From an uncultured virus (IMG/VR IMGVR_UViG_3300017971_000212) (lineage: Duplodnaviria > Heunggongvirae > Uroviricota > Caudoviricetes), in IMG/VR virus record IMGVR_UViG_3300017971_000212: a stretch of 64,000 nt of DNA; one strand, written 5' to 3'. The translations under genes and the position numbers were made by a program. Positions 1 to 8,875 of this stretch are shown one piece after another. The first letter of the stretch is position 1. The number at the start of each line of letters is the position of its first letter. Under the pieces are notes generated by a model, which ran no database searches, had not been told where the DNA came from, and was given only the letters and a program-made list of their open reading frames with translations.

Positions 1-41
<41 letters not shown>

Positions 42-69
42 GCACTACCCGGAGGACGAGCCCTACATC

Positions 70-333
70 ATGACGCTCAACCCCAAGCTGAGCGTCAACG
101 ACGCGATAGACACGATGGCCGTGAGCCAGATCGAGGAGCAGCCGCCGTACCGCGGAGCCATCGTCGCGAACACGCAGGTCGTCACGCGCCTCACCGACGA
201 GGATCTCGCGCGCCTCGTCGCCGGCTACTGCTGCTACCTCCTCTCGGCCGACCGCTGGAAGCAGTCGATGAAGGCGGGACGCGAGTGGGCCAACCGTCGC
301 GGCGACTTCTGGGGCGACGACGTGCCCCGCTGA
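70..333 (+). CDS. hypothetical protein (frame open upstream to the window start)
   Basis: ORF with GC3-biased codons; no recognised motif. Confidence 0.6.
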   Translation: MTLNPKLSVNDAIDTMAVSQIEEQPPYRGAIVANTQVVTRLTDEDLARLVAGYCCYLLSADRWKQSMKAGREWANRRGDFWGDDVPR

Positions 334-407
334 GGGCGCGCCGCTTCGTCAAAATCATCGTCCGTCCGCGTCGGTAGGGTGGTCGCGAGCGCCGGAGACA
401 ACCTCCG

Positions 408-1610
408 GTGCACGAACACTCGCCTCGGGATCCGTCCCGGGCTCACAGGAGACAGACAGTGCACACGACACACGACGACCCTCGTCCGTCGACCCACCTC
501 AGGACCGTACAAGACTTCCTCGAGCAGCTCGGCCAGCTGAAGACGGAAGGACTCGGAGCACGGGAACGACTCGACTTCATCCGCAAGCAGGGGAGTTCCC
601 TCCTTGAAGGGGACGAGCTCCAGCTGGAGGACGCCTTCGACGTGGAGAACCGCGTCCGCTCCCAGCACCTCGACAAGCTCCGCGGCATCGACCACGCGCT
701 CGAGAGCCTCGCCGCACTCTGGGCCCAGGGCCCCTTCTCCGAGGAGGTCAGGGAGGCCGGGCAGGCGCTCCTCGGTCACGCCGAGGGGTTCGTCGTCGAG
801 GCCAAGCGGAGGGAGGAGGCGTCCGCGACCGAGATGCTCGGACTCCTCTGGGAGCGGGCGCCCGCCGACCTTCGATGGCTGTATCCCTGGCTCAACGCAT
901 GGGACGGCCCCGTCAAGGCGCCGAGTCAGGAGGCCGTGCAGATGTACGGGGTCCCGGCTACCCACTACGAGGGGTTCGAGGCGCCGCCGGAGCCCCAGGT
1001 ACCCGTCTCCTACGAAGAGGAGCGAGAACACGAGAGGCGCCTGCCGACGGAGCACCTCGAGGGGATCGAGCAGCTCGAAAAGCAGGCAGTCGAGAAGGCG
1101 GAGACGCCCGAACCTGTGAAGATCGAGGTGCCCGAGCCCGAGACGCGCGGTTTCCCCGTCACGAGGATCGACGAGGCCGTCTCGGTGGTCGAGGAGGGGC
1201 GCGTGGTGGCCAAGGTGGGGGAGAAGGCGACGACCGACGAGGCACCCGATCCCGACAAGCTGCGGGAGCGCGTCTGGACCCAGGCGCTGCGAGACGTGAC
1301 GCTCGAGAGATGGCAGCTGCGCGTCCAGGCGCACGGACACATCGGCGGTGTCGGGATGGGCACGGCCCTGATCTGGCAGAACGAGGAGAAGTCCGCGCAC
1401 GAGGCCAGGCTCGAGATGATCGACCTGCTCAAGTCCGCGAGCGGGATCGAGGCGGAGCCGAGCGAGGATGCGAAGTTCGAGGTGAGGCTGTACGTCGACA
1501 GCCCGAAGCTCGGGCGCCGGAGCCTGTCCAAGACCATGACGCGCAAGGAACTCGACGAGCTGCACCTGGACCCGGCTCCCTTCGTCGAGGAGGCATTCAA
1601 GGACAAGTAG
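408..1610 (+). CDS. hypothetical acidic protein (start uncertain)
   Basis: Long ORF with natural amino-acid composition; the overlapping frames are Arg/Pro-rich shadows. Confidence 0.75.
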   Translation: MHEHSPRDPSRAHRRQTVHTTHDDPRPSTHLRTVQDFLEQLGQLKTEGLGARERLDFIRKQGSSLLEGDELQLEDAFDVENRVRSQHLDKLRGIDHALESLAALWAQGPFSEEVREAGQALLGHAEGFVVEAKRREEASATEMLGLLWERAPADLRWLYPWLNAWDGPVKAPSQEAVQMYGVPATHYEGFEAPPEPQVPVSYEEEREHERRLPTEHLEGIEQLEKQAVEKAETPEPVKIEVPEPETRGFPVTRIDEAVSVVEEGRVVAKVGEKATTDEAPDPDKLRERVWTQALRDVTLERWQLRVQAHGHIGGVGMGTALIWQNEEKSAHEARLEMIDLLKSASGIEAEPSEDAKFEVRLYVDSPKLGRRSLSKTMTRKELDELHLDPAPFVEEAFKDK

Positions 1611-1839
1611 CCGCCCTTGAGCTGTCTCGGCGCGAGACACGCACCCGCAAGGGCATGAGACGCCAGTTTTGGTGCCGAGATTGCGGAAGCCCGCTCCGAG
1701 GGGGCGTGGTGGTCTGCTGTGCTGGCTGCCACGGCCATGCTGCCGCGACGATCGAGGACGTCTGGATCAGAGACCTTGATCGGGAGTATGATGACGATGG
1801 CCCCGAAGGGGCCGCAACACCCGAGGCCGAGGCCAGACG

Positions 1840-3165
1840 GTGACGAAATCGAAGGACACAAAGCGGCAGCGTGCCGAGCTGCTGGGCATGTCGTACGGCA
1901 CCGCGGAGAGGAAGCTCCGAAAGACGGTGATCCACGAGCTTGCCCGTCAGACCGGGAAGAACGTCTGCATCGACTGTGGTCGCGAGATAGAGTCTCCCGA
2001 CGACCTCGCCCTCGTTCACGTGGAGGACTGGCAGGAAGACCCTGACCAGTTCTTCGAGCTCACCAACGTCGCCTTCAGCCACGCCTCGTGCAAAGCATCG
2101 AGGGTCGGCAGGAGGCAGGAGGAAGAGAACGAGATGAGGAGAGTAGAAGTAACCGTAGAAGACGCCGAGGGGCGAGCCCTCCCCGGCGTCAGCCACCAGG
2201 GCACCGTCTACGTGGCGGGAGAGAGGGACAAGCGGTATCAGATCAGGGTCCGCAACACCACCAACCGGCGGCTGCTCGTGGTCACCACCGTGGACGGCCG
2301 CAACGTGAACACGGGCAAGCCGGGGGACGTGAGCGACAGCGGCCACGTCCTCGACCCCTGGCAAGAGTGGACCTTCGAGGGTTGGCGCCAGAGCGACGAC
2401 CGGGTCGCCGCCTTCCGGTTCGGGGCGAAGAAGGAGGCCTACTCGAGCCAGATGGGCAGCCCGGAGAACGTCGGCGTCATCGGCGTCGCCGTGTTCGAGG
2501 AGCAGGAGCCCGAGCGGCGCATCGTCACGATCAGGGAGCGCGAGTACGTCCCGTACCCGGTGCCGAGGCCCTATCCGTGGCCGCGGCCGTGGGTGGATCC
2601 GTGGAGGCCGTGGGTTCAGCCCTACTGGTCGATCAGCACGGACAGCGTGACCCACGGCGGCGGCGGCGGCACGTTCACGTCGTCCGGGATGGTCACGTCG
2701 TCCGGGATGGTCGGGTCGGCCGGAGGAGCGGGGTCCTCGGCTGGCGGTTCCGGCGCCTCGAGCGTGCTCTCCGTGAGTTGCTCGAGTCCGGAAGCGTCCC
2801 CGAGCGGGGTCGGTGGGACGGGCATGGAGCTCAGCAACGACCTCGACCTCGACGACCACGTCTCCCTTGAGTACGGCTCAGGTAAGGGCAAGCACAAGGG
2901 GCTCCAGACGCAGCAACTCGGGACCGAGTACGGGGAGTCGGTCGTGTCTCAGGTGAGGAACACGAGCTTCAAGCGGGCCAGCGACGATCCGGTCGAGGTC
3001 CACGAGATCCGGTACGACAGCATGAAGGCGCTGCGGGCCAGGGGGATCATGGGACGAAGGCCCTCTCAGAAGCGCCGCCGGAAGCCACAGGCGTTTCCCA
3101 AGAGCCCGGCGGTGCAGGGAGGCTACTGTCCCCCGCCGCCCCACAGGAGGGCGTACAAGACCTGA
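1840..3165 (+). CDS. hypothetical protein: N-terminal degenerate HNH-like Zn module fused to a conserved beta-rich domain and a Gly/Ser-rich linker
   Basis: CIDC...HVEDW...NVAFSHASC at the N-terminus, then RYQIRVRN...VDGRNV...GVIGVAVFEE. A second ATG lies at 2134. Confidence 0.75.
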   Translation: MTKSKDTKRQRAELLGMSYGTAERKLRKTVIHELARQTGKNVCIDCGREIESPDDLALVHVEDWQEDPDQFFELTNVAFSHASCKASRVGRRQEEENEMRRVEVTVEDAEGRALPGVSHQGTVYVAGERDKRYQIRVRNTTNRRLLVVTTVDGRNVNTGKPGDVSDSGHVLDPWQEWTFEGWRQSDDRVAAFRFGAKKEAYSSQMGSPENVGVIGVAVFEEQEPERRIVTIREREYVPYPVPRPYPWPRPWVDPWRPWVQPYWSISTDSVTHGGGGGTFTSSGMVTSSGMVGSAGGAGSSAGGSGASSVLSVSCSSPEASPSGVGGTGMELSNDLDLDDHVSLEYGSGKGKHKGLQTQQLGTEYGESVVSQVRNTSFKRASDDPVEVHEIRYDSMKALRARGIMGRRPSQKRRRKPQAFPKSPAVQGGYCPPPPHRRAYKT

Positions 3166-3194
3166 GGGAGGGTCCGAGAACGGTCGGCCCCGAC

Positions 3195-3237
3195 GAGCGT
3201 CTCCGGGGAACTTGGTGCCCCGGAGACGCTCCTTTTT
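3195..3237 (+). terminator. Rho-independent terminator
   Basis: 14-bp stem GAGCGTCTCCGGGG/CCCCGGAGACGCTC followed by TTTTT. Confidence 0.8.
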
Positions 3238-3254
3238 CGGGCGTATAAGAGAAG

Positions 3255-3743
3255 ATGTCGGAGAACTGGTGGCATCGTCTCTACCTGGGGCCCGAATCGG
3301 CCTGGCTTGAGCGCCACTGCTGGCTTTCGACGGGCACGTACTGGTACGAGCTGAAGCCGCGGCGGCCGGGGAAGTTCGTCTGGCACAACAGGCTCGTGGA
3401 GGAGATCAACTATCCATCTTGGCCCCGACAGCATGCCATTGCTCGTCGGCTCGCGGACACCACGCTCGCGAGGCAATGCGACGTCGATCCCGAGACCGGC
3501 CTCTCCAAGTGCGCCACCGGACTCCTCCTGCTGGCGTCGCACATCGAGGGCCGGGACGTCCGGTGCAGAGTGATGCAGGGCTGCGGCGCCTACCTGGCGT
3601 TCCACGCGGACGACGTCACGGGCCCCAGAGCGGAAGACACGGTGGGGCGTGTGCTCGAGATACTTCGTCTATTGGATGCGCGTCTAGGACGTTCTTCCGG
3701 CACCATCGCTGCCCTTGAGCCTGAATCGAGAATCTACAGATGA
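3255..3743 (+). CDS. hypothetical protein
   Basis: ORF; ATGA overlap with the next gene. Confidence 0.7.
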   Translation: MSENWWHRLYLGPESAWLERHCWLSTGTYWYELKPRRPGKFVWHNRLVEEINYPSWPRQHAIARRLADTTLARQCDVDPETGLSKCATGLLLLASHIEGRDVRCRVMQGCGAYLAFHADDVTGPRAEDTVGRVLEILRLLDARLGRSSGTIAALEPESRIYR

Positions 3744-4024
3744 GCGAAGAGAAGCGCGCGGAGTCCCAGAAGAAGCGGCGAGGCAGCTGGGCCGAGGTCA
3801 AGACGTGGCAGGATCCGGACAGCAAGGTCTCGCTGATCCTGTCCGAGCGAATCCGGGGGAAGCACGCGTACTCCCTCCAGATCGTGCACGAGGACGCGAT
3901 GGGCATGAACAGGTACGTTCCCGTGCGTCCCGACGGGGCGCGACACGAGATCGAGCACATCGTGTTCTCCCTCGTCAGGGAGGCGCGCCAGTTCGTCGCG
4001 GAGCGCGAGAAGCAGCGTTCCTAG
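3740..4024 (+). CDS. hypothetical protein
   Basis: ORF coupled to the upstream gene. Confidence 0.7.
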   Translation: MSEEKRAESQKKRRGSWAEVKTWQDPDSKVSLILSERIRGKHAYSLQIVHEDAMGMNRYVPVRPDGARHEIEHIVFSLVREARQFVAEREKQRS

Positions 4025-4620
4025 CTCTGCGGTAGCGGAGGGACGACCCCGTCCGAGCACGCCTTGCTCATGTAACTCAGGACGGCGACCTCGCCCTCGG
4101 TCATCGACAGTCCGTGCGCCTCCTTGAGTCCAATCCAGGCGGCGATGTAGGCGCACCGGAGCTCGGGAGAGGGAGGAAGCCACTCGTCGGGACCCTTGGC
4201 ACCCTTGGACCTGTTCGTGGTCCGCGAGGTCGCCTTCAGGTTGTCCAGGTCGTTGGCGAACCCGCGCTTCCTGGCCTTGTCCCACTCCCAGCCGCCCGAC
4301 TCGTGGGCGTCCCGGAGGGCGACGACGTGGTCGACGTCGACCGTCGACGGGTCCTCGACCACGCTGCCATCGTACGGATCCATCCACCGACCTGAGGCGA
4401 CCCTGCACTGCTTCTCGTCGGTGAACGCGACCGGGACCTCCGAGTCGCGGACGAGCACCTCCTGCCTCGTGTCCTGGCAGTCGCCGTCGGCGTCGGCCCA
4501 GCGGCCCCAGTCGCTCCGGTCGTACTCGGGGACTGTCTCCTCCGGGCACGCGAGAGGGGGATCAGCGGCCACGGCGCAGGTCGCGAGGCCGAGGAGGGTT
4601 AGGGAGATCCAGCGGCTCAT
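4021..4620 (-). CDS. secreted DUF1524 (HNH-fold) nuclease
   Basis: Signal peptide, YDRSDWGRW.D.DGDCQDTR.EVL, DVDHVVAL..AH.SGG, FAND..NL, NRSKG.KGP.EWLP. Confidence 0.85.
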   Translation of the reverse strand: MSRWISLTLLGLATCAVAADPPLACPEETVPEYDRSDWGRWADADGDCQDTRQEVLVRDSEVPVAFTDEKQCRVASGRWMDPYDGSVVEDPSTVDVDHVVALRDAHESGGWEWDKARKRGFANDLDNLKATSRTTNRSKGAKGPDEWLPPSPELRCAYIAAWIGLKEAHGLSMTEGEVAVLSYMSKACSDGVVPPLPQS

Positions 4621-4658
4621 TTCCCCAATTCTACCCCGAAGCGCGTAAAACCAGGGAG

Positions 4659-4877
4659 ATGGCAGACCTGGGGCACGAACCGAAGGAGCACAAGGGTCGG
4701 AAGGTTTACGGAAGAGCCACGTCGTTCACCGACGGCTTCGACGTTCTCGACGGTCTCGACGGTCCTCCCAATTTCCTGTTCAACGCCTGCCGCCACTGTG
4801 GCGTCCTGTACGTGCCTACCGACGGTGCCGTCTGTCCGACGAGGCTGTACGAGTTCCTGAAGGAGAGATTGCTATGA
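4659..4877 (+). CDS. small Zn-ribbon hypothetical protein
   Basis: CRHCG motif; overlap-coupled to the next gene. Confidence 0.55.
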   Translation: MADLGHEPKEHKGRKVYGRATSFTDGFDVLDGLDGPPNFLFNACRHCGVLYVPTDGAVCPTRLYEFLKERLL

Positions 4878-5302
4878 GTAGCTTGCCGCCGCCTCCGGGC
4901 GTCACGCTCATGACCGCAGGTGACGCCCGTCGAGAATTCCCGGACAAGGAGATCGGGCCCGCGTTGCCAGCCTGGGGAGGCTCTCCCGCGCTGCCGCCGG
5001 CGCCCGACGACTCGTGGTGCTGGGTGCTAGACGCAGGTGCGGAGGTCAGGTCGCGGTTCAAGACGCGAGAAGAGGCCCTGATGGACTCGTGGAGAACCTT
5101 GTGGTGGATCTGCGAGAGCTACGCCTACACGTCGCCCGAGCAGAAGCGTCAGATGAGGGACGCGAAGATCGCGTTCCTCATGGAGCAGGGTTGGGGGTTC
5201 CCGGACGACTACAAGCGGAGGCGGCGCGAGCACGATGCGATCGAGAGGTCTCGCCGTCAGTGGATCGAACAGGAGCGGGCTACGGAGTTCACGGGGAAAT
5301 GA
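4874..5302 (+). CDS. hypothetical protein
   Basis: ORF with ATGA overlaps on both sides. Confidence 0.65.
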   Translation: MSSLPPPPGVTLMTAGDARREFPDKEIGPALPAWGGSPALPPAPDDSWCWVLDAGAEVRSRFKTREEALMDSWRTLWWICESYAYTSPEQKRQMRDAKIAFLMEQGWGFPDDYKRRRREHDAIERSRRQWIEQERATEFTGK

Positions 5303-6132
5303 GAATCTTCCTGGTACGTCACGGGCAGTCGAGGGCCAACCTCGACTGGGAGGAGAACAGGCGCGTGGCCGACCACGCCATCGCGCTCTCGGAGGAGGGC
5401 AGGAAGCAGGCGCGGGCGGCCGGAGACTTCCTGGCCCGGTACTTCTTCGACCGGCTCACCGTGGGCCAGCCCTGGAGGACGCCGCCGATCCGGCTGTGGC
5501 ACAGCCCCTACCTGCGGTGTCGGCAGACCGCGGCCGAGATCGAGGGCGCCTGCCGCCTCCCACTGGTCGACTCCGACTTCGACCACGACGACCGCACAAC
5601 GTGGCAGATCGGCCCCGTCTACGGCGCGGCCGCGAACGAGCCCCGCGTCTACCCCGACCGGCGGGACGGCGACCCGTGGTTCCTCGACGCGCGCGAGCAC
5701 CTGCTCTTGGCCGAGCAGCAGTTCGGGATCTTCGATGGCCTCTCCGACGACGAGCGCCGCGAGCGATACCCCGACATGCAGGCGTACTACGAGAAGTGCA
5801 AGAAGTTCGAGGGCAAGCTCTGGCCGAAGATGCCGCTTGGAGAATCTCGCTTCGAGGTCTGCCAGCGCGTCCACCAGGCGTTCGGCACGTTCCACCGCGA
5901 CGCCCAGAAGCACGGGATCGAGAACGTCGTGATCGTCGGACACGGGACGACGAACCGCGCGTTCGTCATGATGTGGCTACACCTGCGGTACGAGTGGATG
6001 CACGAGGAACCCAACCCGAGAAACTGCTCCATACGGCTGCTCGAAGACGGTGAGGACAGGGGGTACATCTTCGAGGGTTTCGAGCACGCCGAGGGGTACA
6101 ACCACGAGGCCAACCGAGAGACCGAGGAGTAG
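5299..6132 (+). CDS. histidine phosphatase (phosphoglycerate mutase) family protein
   Basis: MRIFLVRHGQS, SPYLRCRQTA, EQQFG, GES, VVIVGHG. Confidence 0.92.
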   Translation: MRIFLVRHGQSRANLDWEENRRVADHAIALSEEGRKQARAAGDFLARYFFDRLTVGQPWRTPPIRLWHSPYLRCRQTAAEIEGACRLPLVDSDFDHDDRTTWQIGPVYGAAANEPRVYPDRRDGDPWFLDAREHLLLAEQQFGIFDGLSDDERRERYPDMQAYYEKCKKFEGKLWPKMPLGESRFEVCQRVHQAFGTFHRDAQKHGIENVVIVGHGTTNRAFVMMWLHLRYEWMHEEPNPRNCSIRLLEDGEDRGYIFEGFEHAEGYNHEANRETEE

Positions 6133-6135
6133 GAC

Positions 6136-6447
6136 GTGCTGGAACCACCGAAGCCCACCGGGAAGCCTCCCACGACCGTCGCGCTCGTCGGCAAGGTGAT
6201 GCCGTGGATGCGGGGACAACCCGTGCTGCTGGAGATGCCGGCGAGCATCTGGCGATACCTTCCCCTGTTCGACTCGCCCGAGGGCCTCTCCGTCTTCCTG
6301 ACGAAGGCCGAGGTCGAGTGGGAGTCCATCAAACAGGTGGACGACGTGTCCGAGTTCCTGTCGAGCTTGGACGGCACCGACATCAAGGTCATCTGCGACC
6401 CGAGGTTCACGGACACCGGACGAGTCCGGTTCCATCAGATTCAGTAG
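6136..6447 (+). CDS. hypothetical protein
   Basis: ORF directly after the phosphatase. Confidence 0.6.
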   Translation: MLEPPKPTGKPPTTVALVGKVMPWMRGQPVLLEMPASIWRYLPLFDSPEGLSVFLTKAEVEWESIKQVDDVSEFLSSLDGTDIKVICDPRFTDTGRVRFHQIQ

Positions 6448-6476
6448 GCCATGGCCAAGGCGAGGGGCATCCAGGA

Positions 6477-6821
6477 ATGAAGTACAGCACGCACGAGATC
6501 TCCCGGCCCCCGGGCGAGATGAAGTGCGCCTGCGGGGGTTTTCTCTGTGAGGTGCGCACGATCGTGCTGCCCGAGTCCGAGCCCCCGCATCACCGAAAGA
6601 AGCGCATCAGGAAGAAGTGGCGCAAGAGGTGGGAGCGAGACGAGGCGGTCGTCAGGGGCGTCAGCGCGATGGCGGGTCTGATGCAGCGCCCCTTCTACCG
6701 ATGCGAGAAGTGCGGGAAGTCGGAGAGCTTCTACTCGGCCGTGGGTCGGAACCTCATCGAGATCCAGCCGCTTCCCTCGGGAGCACCCCCCTTCATCTAC
6801 GACTGGGAGGCCGAGGACTAG
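6477..6821 (+). CDS. Zn-ribbon hypothetical protein
   Basis: CACGG...CEKCG; AGGA upstream of the ATG. Confidence 0.6.
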   Translation: MKYSTHEISRPPGEMKCACGGFLCEVRTIVLPESEPPHHRKKRIRKKWRKRWERDEAVVRGVSAMAGLMQRPFYRCEKCGKSESFYSAVGRNLIEIQPLPSGAPPFIYDWEAED

Positions 6822-6824
6822 CGC

Positions 6825-7031
6825 ATGAACGTGAAGCTGATCGTTCCGGCCGTGGTGCGGGAGAGGAGACCCGAACCCTCCGACAACTCGACCGAGTACC
6901 CGGATTCCGTACGCGCCGAGTACCAGGCGACGGGCCGCCAGATCGCTGACCTGGAGGAGCGCCTGCGTGAGCTCGAGGGCAGGCGAGTTCAATTGGTCAC
7001 GGAGCTTGCCTTCAGGAGAACCGAGGTTTGA
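6825..7031 (+). CDS. small coiled-coil hypothetical protein
   Basis: ORF in a co-oriented gene run. Confidence 0.55.
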   Translation: MNVKLIVPAVVRERRPEPSDNSTEYPDSVRAEYQATGRQIADLEERLRELEGRRVQLVTELAFRRTEV

Positions 7032-7327
7032 CCACGACGAAGGAGGCCGACATGTTTCTCATCACCCGATGCAAGTCTTGCGGGGGTCCCCACGTGCCTC
7101 AAAACTGGGGCGACGACTGGTGCGAGGACTGCATGACGCTCCCGCGCGCCGGGTTCACCGACTGGGAGACGGACCACGTCACGGCCCGGGGTTACCAGGC
7201 ACAGCCCTGCTTCGGAACGAGCTGGCCGGTCGTCCACGGGCGTCACGTTCCCGTCCTCTTCTTCCCGAGCATCGAGCAGCGAGACGAGGCGCTCGCCCTG
7301 CTGCGAGGTCACTTCAGGCAGTCATGA
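7028..7327 (+). CDS. hypothetical Zn-binding protein
   Basis: CKSC...CEDC. Confidence 0.55.
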   Translation: MTTTKEADMFLITRCKSCGGPHVPQNWGDDWCEDCMTLPRAGFTDWETDHVTARGYQAQPCFGTSWPVVHGRHVPVLFFPSIEQRDEALALLRGHFRQS

Positions 7328-7704
7328 CCGAGAGGAACTGGCTCCAGGAGATGTGGCGCTCCGGCTACTGCCGCGACGCCGTGCACATGGCGGCCGGAAC
7401 GAACCTCGACGCCGAGGGCGCCGAGGAACGCCTCCTGTGGATGCAGGAGCACCTCCCGACCTGCCAGGAGTGCAAGTTCGCCAACCTCCTGAAGGCCATG
7501 GAGGCGTCGGTAGCCAAGGAGCTCGACTTCTCCGAGCAGTTCGAGAACGGAGGGGACGTCTCGAAGCAGCTTGGGTACCGCGAGGTCCTGGATCGGCACC
7601 TGAGGATCGGCATGCGACTCGGGTTGATTGACGCCTCGGTCGTGGGTTGGATGGCTCGAGTGGTTGAACGACAGCGGACCCCGTGGCCCGGCGCCACCCA
7701 CTGA
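7324..7704 (+). CDS. hypothetical protein (HLxxCxxC motif)
   Basis: EHLPTCQEC, as in anti-sigma Zn fingers. Confidence 0.55.
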   Translation: MTERNWLQEMWRSGYCRDAVHMAAGTNLDAEGAEERLLWMQEHLPTCQECKFANLLKAMEASVAKELDFSEQFENGGDVSKQLGYREVLDRHLRIGMRLGLIDASVVGWMARVVERQRTPWPGATH

Positions 7705-7719
7705 TCTCGGCACCCGGAA

Positions 7720-7761
7720 GTGAAGATCGGACTTGACTTCGCGTCCAACCTGACGTATCTC
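7720..7761 (+). promoter_or_regulatory. sigma70-like promoter upstream of tRNA cluster 1
   Basis: TTGACT-N17-TATCTC; a similar motif occurs at 33178-33220. Confidence 0.6.
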
Positions 7762-7979
7762 TCCCTGAGAGGCTTCAGATGGCCAGGATCATGCAGCACG
7801 CGTCGAGCACTCGCACCCTCCCACTCGGTGGGCAGGGGCGGCTCCCCCTGCCTGCGTACCTAGGCCGTCGCCCGCGACTGCCCGGTGTCCCATCTCCCTA
7901 GCGGGAGCACATACGAGGACACCGGGCGAGGGCGGACAGAGGGTTCGCCCTCGGTCGTTTAAGCCCCAGACACCGACTT

Positions 7980-8054
7980 CGGGCGGTGGCGCAGTCTGGC
8001 TAGCGCGCCTGCTTTGGGTGCAGGATGTCGCCGGTTCGAATCCGGCTCGCCCGA
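7980..8054 (+). tRNA. tRNA-Pro(TGG)
   Basis: Cloverleaf; anticodon arm CCTGC-TTTGGGT-GCAGG; TTCGAAT T-loop. Confidence 0.93.
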
Positions 8055-8094
8055 CGAACAGAAGGAGCACGTCAAGCGAACGAAGAACACACAC

Positions 8095-8170
8095 GCCCCC
8101 GTAGCTCAGCGGAAGAGCATCGGTCTACGGAACCGAGCTGTCGGGAGTTCGAATCTCTCCGGGGGTGCCA
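8095..8170 (+). tRNA. tRNA-Arg(ACG)
   Basis: TCGGT-CTACGGA-ACCGA; encoded CCA. Confidence 0.93.
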
Positions 8171-8175
8171 TGCAC

Positions 8176-8252
8176 GTCCTCCGTAGCTCAATGGACAGAG
8201 CGTCCACCCCTGAGGGGTGGGAGGTTGCAGGTTCGACTCCCGCGGGAGGGCG
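8176..8252 (+). pseudogene. degenerate tRNA with an Arg-like body and an aberrant anticodon arm
   Basis: Arg-type D arm (GCTCAATGGACAGAGC) and T loop, but the anticodon region is the palindrome CCACCCC-TGA-GGGGTGG without U33. T-stem and acceptor mismatches. Confidence 0.6.
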
Positions 8253-8262
8253 TGCAGCAGCT

Positions 8263-8337
8263 GTTCCCGTAGCTCAGCGGAAGAGCGTCGGTCTCCGGAA
8301 CCGAAGGACGTGGGTTCGAGTCCCCCCGGGAATGCCA
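8263..8337 (+). tRNA. tRNA-Arg(CCG)
   Basis: TCGGT-CTCCGGA-ACCGA; CCA. Confidence 0.9.
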
Positions 8338-8338
8338 A

Positions 8339-8413
8339 CGGGATGTGGCGCAGTCTGGCTAGCGCGCGTCGTTCGGGTCGACGAGGCCGTGGGTTCAAAT
8401 CCCACCATCCCGA
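8339..8413 (+). tRNA. tRNA-Pro(CGG)
   Basis: CGTCG-TTCGGGT-CGACG. Confidence 0.93.
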
Positions 8414-8647
8414 CTGAAAGAGAAACCATCATGGCGGACATCATCACGTGGACGACGCGGAGGCGGCTTTATCCGCATCGTGGAGTGGGCCCGCGAGGGC
8501 AGCCACGAGGCCGAGGTGGACGAGTTCCTCGCCCGGCAGAGGGCCGAGTGCGAGCGAGCTGAACGGAACAACCCCGTCCTGAGGGCGCGACGACGAAAGG
8601 AGAAACAACGAGAGAGGGCTGCACGACGCGCAGCCAAGAAAAAGCAA

Positions 8648-8722
8648 CGGGATATGGCGCAGTCTGGCTAGCGCACTTGACTGGGGGTCAAGGGGCCGCA
8701 GGTTCAAATCCTGCTATCCCGA
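8648..8722 (+). tRNA. tRNA-Pro(GGG)
   Basis: CTTGA-CTGGGGG-TCAAG. Confidence 0.93.
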
Positions 8723-8725
8723 CGA

Positions 8726-8870
8726 TGAGCGAGAATCACGAAGAGACTACAAGCAACGGATTTAGGGTCCCGTGTATGTCGGTTCGAATCCGGCCCTCGC
8801 CACCACGCGGCGAGGTAGGCGAATTGGAACAGCCGCGTAGCAACACCCATCCCTTCAACTCTCTCGCTCA
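8726..8870 (+). ncRNA. circularly permuted tRNA-Leu(TAG)-like / YrlA (Y RNA)-like RNA
   Basis: Order: anticodon loop, T arm, 3' acceptor strand + ACCA, CGC, 5' acceptor strand, D arm. All enclosed by the inverted repeat TGAGCGAGA/TCTCGCTCA. Confidence 0.8.
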
Positions 8871-8875
8871 CAACT

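Noticed and set aside
2675..2710. 18-bp tandem duplication
   Set aside because: It encodes TSSGMV twice in a low-complexity linker, with no sign of another function.
8430..8671. Possible programmed frameshift joining MADIITWTTR to GGFIRIVEWAREG...
   Set aside because: There is no slippery sequence, and a simple indel or a GTG start at 8480 explains it equally well.
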